Shown here: piece by piece, positions 6,557-16,470 of the stretch
Layout: each line of letters opens with the position of its first letter
Position numbering within the stretch: the stretch's first letter is position 1
Assembly: GCF_000284455.1 (NCBI RefSeq)
Contig: NC_017039.1
Span: 3,090,001 to 3,122,000, forward strand
Reading direction: 5' to 3'
DNA length: 32,000 nucleotides
Source of the DNA: Synechocystis sp. PCC 6803 substr. PCC-P
GTDB lineage: Bacteria; Cyanobacteriota; Cyanobacteriia; Cyanobacteriales; Microcystaceae
The notes under the pieces: generated by a model
What the model was told of the DNA's origin: nothing
The model's input: the letters and a program-made list of their open reading frames with translations, nothing else
Database searches by the model: none
Program-made: the position numbers and the translations under genes

Positions 6557-9394
6557 TTATTTGAAACTACTATACAGTCGAACAGAGACTTTTTCTAATT
6601 CGATCCAGATAAAAATTAGGGCACTGAAGCCAACACAAACCCACAGTTCGTTGGCAGGTAAATAATGGGTTCCAAAAAATGCCCGCAGCGGTTCAACATA
6701 AATCAATAACAGTTGTAATAAAGAGGTAACGACCACAGCCACCAGCAAAAAAGGATTGGAAAAAAGGTTCATTTCAACGGTCAAACTGGTCAAAGAACGA
6801 ATGGCGAGGGCATGACCCATCTGGGCTAAGCAGAGGGTGGTAAATACCATAGTTTTCCAGCGATTGGGGGAAAGTCCGCCCTCTAAATGGTTGGGGGTAT
6901 AGTTGTAGGCCCACACCATCAGCACAATGGTCACAATGGCCAATATCAAACCTTGACGAACCATATAAGAACCCAAACCCCGGGCAAATATGCTTTCCTG
7001 GGGGTCTTTGGGGGACTGTTGCATAACGGTTGCTTTGCCTGGTTCCACGGCCAGGGCTAAAGCGGGAACTCCATCGGTGACCAGGTTCATCCAAAGAATT
7101 TGCAAGGGAGAGAGGGGAACGCCTCCCAACCCCATTAAAGGAGCCGCCGCAATTGTTAAAACTTCGCCAATATTACTGCCCAGGATATAGCGGATAAAAC
7201 GGCGGATATTAGTGTAGACAACACGACCTTCTTCCACCGCTGAGACGATGGTGGCAAAGTTATCGTCCAATAAAATCATGTCACTGGCTTCCTTACTGAC
7301 ATCAGTTCCCGTGATGCCCATGGCGACCCCAATATCAGCTTGTTTTAACGCCGGGGCATCATTGACTCCATCCCCGGTCATGGCTACGACTTCATGTTGT
7401 TTGCGGAGGGTTTGGACGATTTTTAATTTATGTTCGGGGGAAACCCTGGCATAAACACTGACTGTATGAACAATTTCCGCTAGTTCTTTTTCACTGCAAT
7501 TGTCTAAATCCCGACTGGTAACGACCCTTGCCCCTGGTTCCGCAATGCCCAAATCAAGGGCGATCGCCTGGGCGGTGAGGGGGTGGTCTCCAGTAATCAT
7601 CACGGGTCGAATCCCGGCGGCCCGACATTTAGCCACGGCATCTCGCACTTCTGGACGGGGAGCATCTAACATTCCCACTAGCCCCAACCAAGTTAATTCT
7701 TGTTCGGCAATGTCATCAGTGGTGTTGGCAGGTAACGTTGTCCAAACTTTGCTGGCAAAGCCCAATACCCGTAGGCCACGGCCGGCTAAATCATTATTTT
7801 TTTCGAGAATATAACTACGCTTTTCTTTACTAATGGGTAAGATTTCGCTTCCGACTTGAATGTGGGTACAGCGTTCTAGGATTAACTCAGGGGAACCTTT
7901 GACAAACATCACATAACTGTCGGGGGTGTTAATTTTTCCCTGCCCATCTTGGACAATGACACTCATGCGCTTGCGTTCTGAGGAAAAGGGAAATTCTGTT
8001 ATCCGGGGAAAATATTGTTCCTGTTCGTGTTTAAAAATATTTGCTTTACCCGCTAAGGCCAATAAAGCCCCTTCCGTGGGATCGCCTAAAATCGCCCATT
8101 GTCCATTTTCCTTTTGTAAAATGGCATCGTTGCAGAGAATACATGCCATTAATAATTTTTCAATTTCGGGGATATTTTCAATCTTTAAATCTTCTCCCTC
8201 CCCTGCTTGAAACTCACCGACGGGATTATAGCCTTCCCCTGTAACCACTAAACGATGGCGATCGCTAATAATAGACTGCACCACCATCTTATTTTGGGTC
8301 AAAGTGCCCGTTTTATCAGAGCAGATGGTCGTTACGGAACCGAGGGTTTCCACCGCACTCAGTTGACGAATCAGCGCATTGCGTTTGGCCATGCGTTGGG
8401 TCCCCAAGGCTAAGGTGACGGTAATTACAGCGGGTAGTCCTTCGGGAACCACAGCAACAGCCATACTAAGGGATACTTCAACCAACTGCATAAACAAATC
8501 CGGTTTGAAGAGCGTTCCCCCCACAACGACGATCGCCACCAAGATCAAAGAACCACTGACTAACACATTGCCCAATTGGGTCATGCGCTTTTGGAGGGGA
8601 GTGGGTTCCGGTTCTACAGATTGCAGGGCTGAGGCAATTTTTCCTAATTCTGTCTTCATGCCCGTTGCGGTCACGATCACTGTGCCCCGGCCCTGGACAA
8701 CTTCTGTGCCGGAGTAAACTAAATTTAGGCGATCGCCCAAGGCACTATCGGCGGGTAACAGCACATCTCCCTGTTTCATTACCGCTTCTGCTTCCCCCGT
8801 TAAAGCGGCTTCACGAATTTGGAGATTGGCCCCTTCTAAAATACGACCGTCAGCGGGAACTTTAACCCCTGCTTCTAGCAGAATCAGGTCTCCCGGTACT
8901 AACTCCGTGGATTCCACTTCGGTGGTTTTGCCCTCTCGAATGACTCGCACCCTGGACGTAGATAGGTCTTTGAGGGCTGCTAGGGCCTTTTCCGCTCCCC
9001 GTTCCTGCACATACCCCAAAATACCATTCAGTAATACAACGGTAAAAATAGCAACTGCATCTTTAGGAAAAATAAATTTACCCAATTGTTGGGCTTGATA
9101 AATATCAATTGCGGCCGAAATCACTGCAACAGCGATCAGCAACAACAACATAATGTTTGTAAACTGATCAACTAAAATGTTCCAGGAAGTTCTCCCCCCC
9201 GTTTCTATCAACTCGTTTTTTCCATAAACTTGCAAATTTTCAGCCACCTGTTGCTGGCTTAATCCTTGTTGGCGATCGCCATGTAAGTCACTGACGACTT
9301 GATCTGCAGAAAGAGTATGCCAGGTAATCAAAGGTTGGCCCTGAAAAGAAGCAGATGGAGGCATAGAGATGAAAAAATAGCAACAAGCTTTCAT
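6557..9394 (-). CDS. P-type cation-transporting ATPase, type IIA (SERCA/PacL-like, probably Ca2+); 3' end rewritten by the IS insertion
   Basis: Motifs: LTGEAEAV (TGE loop), PEGLPAV in TM4, [11 protein letters not shown] (phosphorylation site), [22 protein letters not shown]. An alternative start is ATG 9364 (MPPSASF...). The last 4 codons and the stop (SSFK-stop, 6557-6571) lie inside the ISY100 right end. Confidence 0.9.
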   Translation of the reverse strand: MKACCYFFISMPPSASFQGQPLITWHTLSADQVVSDLHGDRQQGLSQQQVAENLQVYGKNELIETGGRTSWNILVDQFTNIMLLLLIAVAVISAAIDIYQAQQLGKFIFPKDAVAIFTVVLLNGILGYVQERGAEKALAALKDLSTSRVRVIREGKTTEVESTELVPGDLILLEAGVKVPADGRILEGANLQIREAALTGEAEAVMKQGDVLLPADSALGDRLNLVYSGTEVVQGRGTVIVTATGMKTELGKIASALQSVEPEPTPLQKRMTQLGNVLVSGSLILVAIVVVGGTLFKPDLFMQLVEVSLSMAVAVVPEGLPAVITVTLALGTQRMAKRNALIRQLSAVETLGSVTTICSDKTGTLTQNKMVVQSIISDRHRLVVTGEGYNPVGEFQAGEGEDLKIENIPEIEKLLMACILCNDAILQKENGQWAILGDPTEGALLALAGKANIFKHEQEQYFPRITEFPFSSERKRMSVIVQDGQGKINTPDSYVMFVKGSPELILERCTHIQVGSEILPISKEKRSYILEKNNDLAGRGLRVLGFASKVWTTLPANTTDDIAEQELTWLGLVGMLDAPRPEVRDAVAKCRAAGIRPVMITGDHPLTAQAIALDLGIAEPGARVVTSRDLDNCSEKELAEIVHTVSVYARVSPEHKLKIVQTLRKQHEVVAMTGDGVNDAPALKQADIGVAMGITGTDVSKEASDMILLDDNFATIVSAVEEGRVVYTNIRRFIRYILGSNIGEVLTIAAAPLMGLGGVPLSPLQILWMNLVTDGVPALALAVEPGKATVMQQSPKDPQESIFARGLGSYMVRQGLILAIVTIVLMVWAYNYTPNHLEGGLSPNRWKTMVFTTLCLAQMGHALAIRSLTSLTVEMNLFSNPFLLVAVVVTSLLQLLLIYVEPLRAFFGTHYLPANELWVCVGFSALIFIWIELEKVSVRLYSSFK

Positions 9395-9647
9395 TTTAAT
9401 CGAAAACGATCATAAGCTTAAATTACTGACGTTAGAATTATTTTTCTTGTCCGCTAAATCAATCGTAAAAAAAGCTAAAGATTTATACATTAAATTTTCT
9501 TATTTAAAATGTCAGAAAAATATGTTGTGAAAATAAAGTTGACACTTCCCGCCCCAAAACATGAAAATCACTTCTTCACAGGCTTAGTTATTCATGAGCA
9601 TCTTCGCCTCGTTGCTCAGTTTTTTTCAATGAATTAATAAATAAAAA

Positions 9648-10790
9648 TTATCTATTTCCTTTTTCAACATCATTAAGATTTCTAAACCAACCCTTACGCC
9701 AAAAAAAATAAAGCATCATCCCTCCCACTGTCAACATTACCATCCAAATCACAGGATACCCCCAATACCAGTTTAACTCTGGCATATTCCAAGGAGATTT
9801 ATCAGGATTAAAATTCATACCATAGATCCCAGCAATAAAAGTTAGCGGAATAAAGATACTAGAAATTACTGTTAGTGTTTTCATAATTTCATTCATTCGA
9901 TTACTAACAGAGGAAAGATAAATATCTGTTAGGTTAGATGCTAAATCTCGATAAGTTTCTATCATATCCAAGATTTGAATTGTGTGGTCATAACAATCCC
10001 GTAAAAATACTCGCACCTCATCAGAAATTAAATCACTGCCATCCCGAAGTAAAGAATTAATTGCATCCCGTTGGGGCCAAATAGCCCGTCTCATAATTAA
10101 TAAATCCTGTTGTAATTGATGAATCTTGGCCAATGATTTATTCGTTGGACAAGAAATAATCTCACTTTGTAAAGATTGAACTAGTTCACCATAGACTTCC
10201 ATCACAGGAAAAAAGCCATCGATAATAGCATCAATTAAAGCATAAAATAAATAATCAGCATTCTTTTGTCGAATTGCCCCTTTTTTAGTGCGAATTCTTT
10301 CCCTAACGGAAAATAAACAATCATATTTTGGTTCTTCTTGGATGGTCAACAAATAATGTTTACCCAAAATAAAACTAATTTGTTCACTGATAAAAGTTTG
10401 AGATGATTGATCCAGGGTTACCATCCGAGAAATAAAAATTAAATGGTTTTCATATTCAACTACTTTCGGACGTTGGGGGACGTTAACAATATCCTCTAAA
10501 GCAACAGGATGAAGTTTAAATACCTCACCTAATTGTTCCCAAGTTGTGTGATTCCCCAAGCCGTCAATGTTAATCCAGGATACGGATTCAGTATCAACAT
10601 AAGCTTCACAATCCAGGGGATTTTTTAACTCTATTTTTGTGGCTTGATTTTTATTGTAATCAATTAAAATTATTCTCGGTGGAGGGGCATTGGGGGAAAG
10701 ATTTAATGTTCCAGGAATACTTTCTGGTGAATTAAAATAATTGAAATGGGAAACAAGATTAGATTGTCGAAACTGAGGCTTGTTGGGCAT
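9648..10790 (-). CDS. corA: CorA-family Mg2+/Co2+ transporter
   Basis: 380 aa with the YGMNF signature followed by a C-terminal TM pair (TVISSIFIPLTFIAGIYGMNF ... VIWMVMLTVGGMMLYFF). AT-rich, with no HIP1 site. Confidence 0.8.
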   Translation of the reverse strand: MPNKPQFRQSNLVSHFNYFNSPESIPGTLNLSPNAPPPRIILIDYNKNQATKIELKNPLDCEAYVDTESVSWINIDGLGNHTTWEQLGEVFKLHPVALEDIVNVPQRPKVVEYENHLIFISRMVTLDQSSQTFISEQISFILGKHYLLTIQEEPKYDCLFSVRERIRTKKGAIRQKNADYLFYALIDAIIDGFFPVMEVYGELVQSLQSEIISCPTNKSLAKIHQLQQDLLIMRRAIWPQRDAINSLLRDGSDLISDEVRVFLRDCYDHTIQILDMIETYRDLASNLTDIYLSSVSNRMNEIMKTLTVISSIFIPLTFIAGIYGMNFNPDKSPWNMPELNWYWGYPVIWMVMLTVGGMMLYFFWRKGWFRNLNDVEKGNR

Positions 10791-10897
10791 ATTCTTAGAA
10801 AAATCTTTACAATCTTACTGTTTTATTAAATTATGATGATAATCAATGGATAAATTTGACCAAATAAAAATGCCAGATTACACAATAAATTTTATCA

Positions 10898-11407
10898 TTA
10901 ATAATGAATAACCAAAGGAGTGCTTATTTCCGACCAATTAAATAACCATTTTGCATGATCAACCGCTAGATTAATGCAACCATGACTAACTGGTGTGCCA
11001 AATTTGTTATGCCAATAGGCTCCATGAATTGCGTAACCGCCGCTGTAATATTGGGCATAGGGAACATCGTCAATATCATAATCTGCTCCTCTCATCCGAT
11101 CAATGCTTCGTTTGCTTTGAATGGTAAATATACCTGGAATTGTTGGGGTACCCTTCTTTCCCGTGGAAATAATAATGGCATAGACTGGTTTGTTCCCTTC
11201 CCAAGCAATCAAACGTTGTGTGGAGAGATTAACTTCAATCCAACGTTCTTCAGACTTTTTGAGAATAGCCATTTTTTGATTGAGAGTATCCTGATAGGTC
11301 TGGGCAGAAACCATAGGGATAAATAGATCAACTCCAATCAGTTGAGTTAGGCATATTCCCGCAATCATTAATCCACTTCCCCAATATCGAACAAGGGGCC
11401 ATAACAT
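10898..11407 (-). CDS. L,D-transpeptidase (YkuD domain) with N-terminal membrane anchor or signal
   Basis: The active-site block YAIHGAYWHNKFGTPVSHGCINL matches the YkuD H-x-SHGC motif. The N-terminus is hydrophobic. Confidence 0.8.
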   Translation of the reverse strand: MLWPLVRYWGSGLMIAGICLTQLIGVDLFIPMVSAQTYQDTLNQKMAILKKSEERWIEVNLSTQRLIAWEGNKPVYAIIISTGKKGTPTIPGIFTIQSKRSIDRMRGADYDIDDVPYAQYYSGGYAIHGAYWHNKFGTPVSHGCINLAVDHAKWLFNWSEISTPLVIHY

Positions 11408-11611
11408 GAGTAATAATCCTACTACTAATGCGTTTTGCTTCCATTTTAAGTCAATTTTTATAACATTGGCTGAAAAGTAAAAATAAATAAATTAACTTTT
11501 TGTAAATTGCAGTATCTACGGTCGCAACCTTTGGAAATTTCCTAAAATTAACTTCATAATACTGCCTTAACCCCTAGTAAGATTTCTATTTCTCACTAAT
11601 GATTAATCACT

Positions 11612-11938
11612 TCATAGACTTTTTATTAATCTAAGAAATCTTTGCCATCTAGAATAAAATGAGGAAGAAAGACTGGGAGAATACTTCTCTTTCACACAGG
11701 GTTTTCTGAATTGGATTAAGTCCGTCCCCGAACAATTTATTGCCTGCTCAATGAAAATTTGCAGGAGATTGACATCGTTCCCCACCATGGTGTCCACTGC
11801 CATAAAAAGTTGTCGCCGCAATGGAGCACGTTCCGCACTGGTCGGGGATGGGTTTGTCCAGCTTTGACGGTTTTGGTCGAGGCCATAATGTTCTTCTTCC
11901 ATAGGTAGAAAATATTGCACATCGGCAGCCATCGGCAA
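11612..11938 (-). CDS. hypothetical protein (weak call)
   Basis: 108-aa ORF divergent from polA with no recognisable motif. Only about 30 nt separate it from the polA start, so the true start may be an internal Met. Confidence 0.3.
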   Translation of the reverse strand: MPMAADVQYFLPMEEEHYGLDQNRQSWTNPSPTSAERAPLRRQLFMAVDTMVGNDVNLLQIFIEQAINCSGTDLIQFRKPCVKEKYSPSLSSSFYSRWQRFLRLIKSL

Positions 11939-11969
11939 CAGCGGTATAATCTAGCTTGCTTCTTGGTGC

Positions 11970-14930
11970 ATGTTTATGTCTGCTAAATCCCCTTTGTTAT
12001 TGTTAGTTGATGGTCATTCCCTGGCATTCCGGGCTTACTATGCCTTTGGTTTGTCTAAAAAAGGCCCTCTGCGGACAACGGCCGGCATTCCCACCAGTGT
12101 ATGTTTTGGATTTTTAAATTCCCTCATGCAGGTGATGGAGTCCCAAAAACCAGCGGCGATCGCCATTGCCTTTGACCGTCGGGAACCCACTTTTCGCCAT
12201 GAGGCCGATGGGGCTTACAAATCAAACCGCCAGGAAACCCCAGAAGATTTTGCCGAAGATTTAAGTTATCTCCAGCAATTGTTGGAAGCTCTCAATTTAC
12301 AAACCATCACCTATGCGGGCTATGAAGCCGATGACATTTTGGGCACTCTAGCTTGCCAGGGGAGTGACGCGGGTTATCAAGTTAAAATTCTCAGCGGCGA
12401 TCGGGATCTGTTTCAATTGGTTAGCCCAGAAAAAAATATTTCTGTTCTGTATTTAACCCGTAATCCCTTTTCTAGTAACACCGGCTATGACGAATTAGAT
12501 TGGCAGGGAGTGGTGGACAAAATGGGGGTAACTCCAGCCCAAATTGTTGATTTTAAAGCTCTGTGCGGCGATAAATCTGATTGCATTCCCGGTATTAATG
12601 GCATTGGTGAAAAAACGGCCATTAAGCTTTTAGCTGAGTATGAAACCTTGGAGAAAGTGTATGAAAATCTAGCGCAAATTAAAGGGGCATTGAAAACCAG
12701 GTTAGACAACGGCAAAGATGATGCGATGCATTCTCAAATGTTAGCCCGCATTGTGGTGGATGTGCCCCTACCAGTAACCTGGGAAGATTTGCAATTAACA
12801 GGATTTTCCACTGATCGCCTGGTGCCCCTGTTGGAAAAATTGGAACTCCGAACTTTTATTGACAAAATTCAAGCTTTCCACCGCAACTTTAGTGATAATC
12901 AGAGCCCAGTACCAATGGGCAATGAAGCTGACAATGGAGAACCAAAGAAAACGGTTAAGGCAAAAAAAAGCAAAGAAAAAGTTAATCCAGACGATTCTCA
13001 GCAATTATCATTGTTTGATGGCGTGCCAGTGGTTAACCAAGAAGATGGTTTAATCACCATTCAGCTACCAAAACAAATTCAGCCCCAAATTATCACCACC
13101 ATTGCCCAACTCGAAGCTTTAGTTGAGGAATTAAAAAAACATACTGATGCTGACTTTCCCGTTGCTTGGGACACGGAAACCGACAGCTTAGATCCTCTGG
13201 TGGCAAACTTAGTGGGTATTGGTTGTGCCTGGGGTCAAGAACCTAATCAAGTGGCCTATATTCCCCTAAAACATCATCAAGGAGAACAGCTATCTCTCGG
13301 CATAATTAAAGATCTTTTAGGGGAAATTCTGGGAAATGCTATTTATCCCAAAGTCTTACAAAATGCCAAGTTTGATCGACGAGTTTTGGCCCACCATGGT
13401 ATTGAGTTAGGAGGCGTAGTGTTAGACACCATGCTGGCCAGTTACGTTCTTCAACCGGAAGAAACCCATAATTTAACCGATCTTTGCCGTCGCTATAACC
13501 TTGGTTTAGTGGCCTTGAGTTATAAAGATTTAGGCTTAAAAAAAGACCAGACCATTGCTGATTTACCCCTGGAAACAGCGGGGCAATATTGCGGATTAGA
13601 TTGCTATGCCACCTATTTGTTAGCGTCAAAATTACAAAAAGAATTAGATCAATATCCTGAACTCAAAGAAATTCTTAAGGAGATCGAACAGCCTTTAGAA
13701 AAGATTTTAGCAGCGATGGAAGACCGGGGCATTCGTATTGATTGTGATTACTTACAAACTCTGTCCCAACAATTGGCCGAAAATTTACTTACCATTGAAA
13801 CAGCAGCCTATGAAGCGGCAGGGGAAAGTTTTAATCTCAGTTCTCCTAAACAATTGGGTACTATTTTATTCGATAAATTAGGCTTAGACCGGAAAAAATC
13901 TCGTAAAACAAAAACGGGCTATTCCACTGACCACGCCACCCTGGAGAAACTTCAAGGAGACCACCCCATTATTGATGCGATTCTGGAACATCGTACTTTG
14001 GCAAAATTAAAATCTACCTATGTGGATGCTTTGCCGGAATTAGTTAATGGCCAAACCCAGCGCATTCACACGGATTTTAACCAAGCTGTCACTTCCACTG
14101 GACGGTTATCTTCTTCCAATCCTAATTTGCAAAATATTCCCATTCGTTCGGATTTTTCCCGACAGATTCGGCGAGCTTTTTTACCCCAAAAAGATTGGCT
14201 TTTGGTGTCGGCGGATTACTCCCAAATTGAGTTACGCATCCTCGCCCACCTTTCCCAAGAACCGGTATTGCTACAGGCCTACGGCGATCGCCAGGATGTC
14301 CATGGGGTGACCGCTAAATTACTTTTCGGCAAAGAAGATATTACCCCGGCGGAAAGAAATCTCGGTAAAACGATTAATTTTGGCGTTATTTATGGCATGG
14401 GTGCCCAGCGCTTTGCCAGGGAAACGGGGATTTCCGCTGTGGAAGGGAGGGAATTTATTGACCGTTACCACCGCACCTATGCCCAAGTCTTTGATTACTT
14501 GGAAACTATGAAGCTAGAGGCGATCGCCAAGGGTTATGTCACCACCATTGTGGGGCGGCGGCGTTACTTTAATTTCGTTACCGAAGCTCTAAGACAACTA
14601 AGGGGAAAGACCGTGACAGAGCTAGATTTGGTGGACGTAAAAATGAATTATAACGATGCCCAACTGCTGCGGTCAGCAGCCAATGCCCCCATCCAAGGTT
14701 CCAGCGCCGATATTATTAAAATTGCCATGGTTAAGCTGGCTAAGCTATTGGAAAGTTATCAAACCCGGATGTTATTGCAAGTACACGATGAACTGATTTT
14801 TGAAATGCCGCCGGAGGAATGGGAAGAGCTAGCTCCCCTAATCCAAAACACCATGGAGCAAGCCCTTACCTTATCGGTTCCGTTGGTGGTGGAAATGCAC
14901 CGGGGTAGTAATTGGATGGAAGCGAAGTAG
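11970..14930 (+). CDS. polA: DNA polymerase I (5'-nuclease, 3'-5' exonuclease and polymerase domains)
   Basis: N-terminal 5'-nuclease region (LLLVDGHSLAFRAYYA, GYEADD). Exo I motif WDTETDSL. Polymerase motifs A (LVSADYSQIELRILAH), B (RNLGKTINFGVIYG) and C (LLQVHDELIFE). An alternative start is ATG 11976. Confidence 0.95.
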   Translation: MFMSAKSPLLLLVDGHSLAFRAYYAFGLSKKGPLRTTAGIPTSVCFGFLNSLMQVMESQKPAAIAIAFDRREPTFRHEADGAYKSNRQETPEDFAEDLSYLQQLLEALNLQTITYAGYEADDILGTLACQGSDAGYQVKILSGDRDLFQLVSPEKNISVLYLTRNPFSSNTGYDELDWQGVVDKMGVTPAQIVDFKALCGDKSDCIPGINGIGEKTAIKLLAEYETLEKVYENLAQIKGALKTRLDNGKDDAMHSQMLARIVVDVPLPVTWEDLQLTGFSTDRLVPLLEKLELRTFIDKIQAFHRNFSDNQSPVPMGNEADNGEPKKTVKAKKSKEKVNPDDSQQLSLFDGVPVVNQEDGLITIQLPKQIQPQIITTIAQLEALVEELKKHTDADFPVAWDTETDSLDPLVANLVGIGCAWGQEPNQVAYIPLKHHQGEQLSLGIIKDLLGEILGNAIYPKVLQNAKFDRRVLAHHGIELGGVVLDTMLASYVLQPEETHNLTDLCRRYNLGLVALSYKDLGLKKDQTIADLPLETAGQYCGLDCYATYLLASKLQKELDQYPELKEILKEIEQPLEKILAAMEDRGIRIDCDYLQTLSQQLAENLLTIETAAYEAAGESFNLSSPKQLGTILFDKLGLDRKKSRKTKTGYSTDHATLEKLQGDHPIIDAILEHRTLAKLKSTYVDALPELVNGQTQRIHTDFNQAVTSTGRLSSSNPNLQNIPIRSDFSRQIRRAFLPQKDWLLVSADYSQIELRILAHLSQEPVLLQAYGDRQDVHGVTAKLLFGKEDITPAERNLGKTINFGVIYGMGAQRFARETGISAVEGREFIDRYHRTYAQVFDYLETMKLEAIAKGYVTTIVGRRRYFNFVTEALRQLRGKTVTELDLVDVKMNYNDAQLLRSAANAPIQGSSADIIKIAMVKLAKLLESYQTRMLLQVHDELIFEMPPEEWEELAPLIQNTMEQALTLSVPLVVEMHRGSNWMEAK

Positions 14931-15112
14931 TTTTGTGACAAACTTTCAGCAACAACTTAATTATTCTTAAAAATTCTCCACTGCCCAAGGTAATACGAGG
15001 ATCAAAAACTGGTGTGATAATAACGACACTAGGTTTAAGCACAAGACCAAATTTGTCTCGGATCTAGCCCCTTGCCTTGAGAACAAAGAATAGTAACTAC
15101 GGCTGTTGATCT

Positions 15113-16321
15113 ATGTCCCAAAATTTTTTTGCCAATTTACCAAAGACTAGGCTTTTGGCCCGTTTAAACGATGGTTGGTTGGGCAAAGCTGTACTGGCTT
15201 TAGCCCTGGTTTTATTGATGGCTTTTCCCACCTGGGCTCTGTTAAACAACGCTATTAAAAGTAGCCTGTTGCTCGACTCCCAAATGAATGTTTACTACGC
15301 CAAATCCCTAGACCGCTACACAGGGGAATTTAGGGCTAAACACCCCATTATTCTCGGTTTATTCAGTAATGAGGGGGGAGATTTTTATCTGTATATGCCG
15401 GGTAAAACTACGCCGATCCAGGCCCCGCCAGTGCCGGTGCAATACCAAGTGGTCAAAGGAGTTTCCCATAGTTCCATGGCTATCTACGCCATTCTTCAGC
15501 CCTATTTTGCCACTGCCGACAATGCTCCCGCCGCTGGGGATGGTTGGAAAGCAGAATTGACGGCCTACCGAGCCGAACAGGCCAACACCCTGGCCCAGGC
15601 GGATCAGTTGGGACTAGAACCAGATGCTTTGACAGCGGTGAAAGAAATTTTGACCAATAACATTAGCTTTATTGACGAAACCTTGGCCGCTGGAGTGATC
15701 GATCACCAAAAGATCAATGCTTGGATTAAAGAGGTAGTGCCCCATTTCACCACCACCATCGCCACCGCCGCCACCTACCAAGTGGACCATTGGATGGAAG
15801 TTATGGCGGAATGGAAAAAAATGATCGGCGACCAGTGGGACCAAACCTTTGGGGTGACCAATACCCTTTACGTTACCCGCACCAACAATATTTTATTTAC
15901 TTTGATGGCCCAATTCTTTGGCAAGGAAGCCATCAACGATCGCCTATTACTATTTGAAACCACGGAATTCACCACCAAACCGGACACCATGTTGTCCCTG
16001 CTGACCCGCATTGTGAAAGACCGGGAATTGGGTCTAGCTTTCTTTGACGATTATTTCCTCATGGATGTGGAATTGCTCAGCACCGGGGCCCGGGAGGCGA
16101 TCGCCAGGCAGGACGGAGCCAGAGTACCCATGGCCGCGTCCCAAGGTTCCTATGCTGTGGGGCCAGCCCATGCCCGTATCCGTGCCTACGACGAAGCCAA
16201 TGGCATTACTCCCATGTTGCCCCCCCTAGCTCCCTTCCATTCCCAGGAATGGCCCTGGCGTACTGTAGCCAGTGAAGGGGAAGGCCCAGAAACTTTACAG
16301 GAAGCTTTAGACCAAAAGTAG
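15113..16321 (+). CDS. hypothetical protein with N-terminal membrane anchor or signal (probably periplasmic)
   Basis: 402-aa ORF with host-like composition and an internal HIP1 site (16097-16104). Hydrophobic segment AVLALALVLLMAFPTWALL near the N-terminus. No catalytic motif recognised. Confidence 0.7.
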   Translation: MSQNFFANLPKTRLLARLNDGWLGKAVLALALVLLMAFPTWALLNNAIKSSLLLDSQMNVYYAKSLDRYTGEFRAKHPIILGLFSNEGGDFYLYMPGKTTPIQAPPVPVQYQVVKGVSHSSMAIYAILQPYFATADNAPAAGDGWKAELTAYRAEQANTLAQADQLGLEPDALTAVKEILTNNISFIDETLAAGVIDHQKINAWIKEVVPHFTTTIATAATYQVDHWMEVMAEWKKMIGDQWDQTFGVTNTLYVTRTNNILFTLMAQFFGKEAINDRLLLFETTEFTTKPDTMLSLLTRIVKDRELGLAFFDDYFLMDVELLSTGAREAIARQDGARVPMAASQGSYAVGPAHARIRAYDEANGITPMLPPLAPFHSQEWPWRTVASEGEGPETLQEALDQK

Positions 16322-16351
16322 CGTCCTGATTAATTCCAATTGATAAGTTTA

Positions 16352-16441
16352 GGAGCACCTCGATTAATTGCCTGATTGCGAAAAATGACCCCGACATAAA
16401 GGGTTATTCTCAATAGGCACCCCTATTTTCGAGGTGCTTCA
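16352..16441 (+). other. long-range inverted repeat enclosing a small hairpin, followed by a T-run (terminator, ncRNA or IS end)
   Basis: GGAGCACCTCGA (16352-16363) pairs with TCGAGGTGCTTC (16429-16440): 11 Watson-Crick pairs plus 1 G-U. An inner hairpin is AATAGG-CACC-CCTATT (16412-16427). TTTATTTTTT follows. Confidence 0.3.
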
Positions 16442-16470
16442 CAAGATTTATTTTTTATATCGCTCTTCTA

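Larger units (their letters stand above)
3804..6572 (+). mobile_element. ISY100 (IS630/Tc1-mariner family) copy A, disrupted by two nested insertions
   Basis: Starts TAGTCATTTCAATTAACG at 3804 and ends GAAACTACTA at 6572, flanked by TA (3802-3803 and 6573-6574). Length check: 2769 = 946 (947 minus 1 nt in an A-run) + 874 + 949. Confidence 0.9.

Noticed and set aside
6774-9098. Nine ORFs of 66-112 aa inside or antisense to the P-type ATPase gene (for example 6774..7094, 7500..7814, 8379..8717, 8826..9098)
   Set aside because: They are alternate-frame or opposite-strand shadows of a long, motif-rich CDS. Their composition is Pro/Arg/Ser-rich, they have no motifs, and each is fully contained in the ATPase ORF.
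11737-11922. 61-aa minus-strand ORF nested in the 108-aa ORF region
   Set aside because: It is an alternate frame of an already weak ORF, with no support.
12870-13030. Lys/Asn-rich low-complexity insert in PolA between the 5'-nuclease and 3'-5' exonuclease domains (…NEADNGEPKKTVKAKKSKEKVNPDD…)
   Set aside because: It is most simply a disordered inter-domain linker. It is in frame, has host-like composition, and shows no sign of an intein or mobile insertion.
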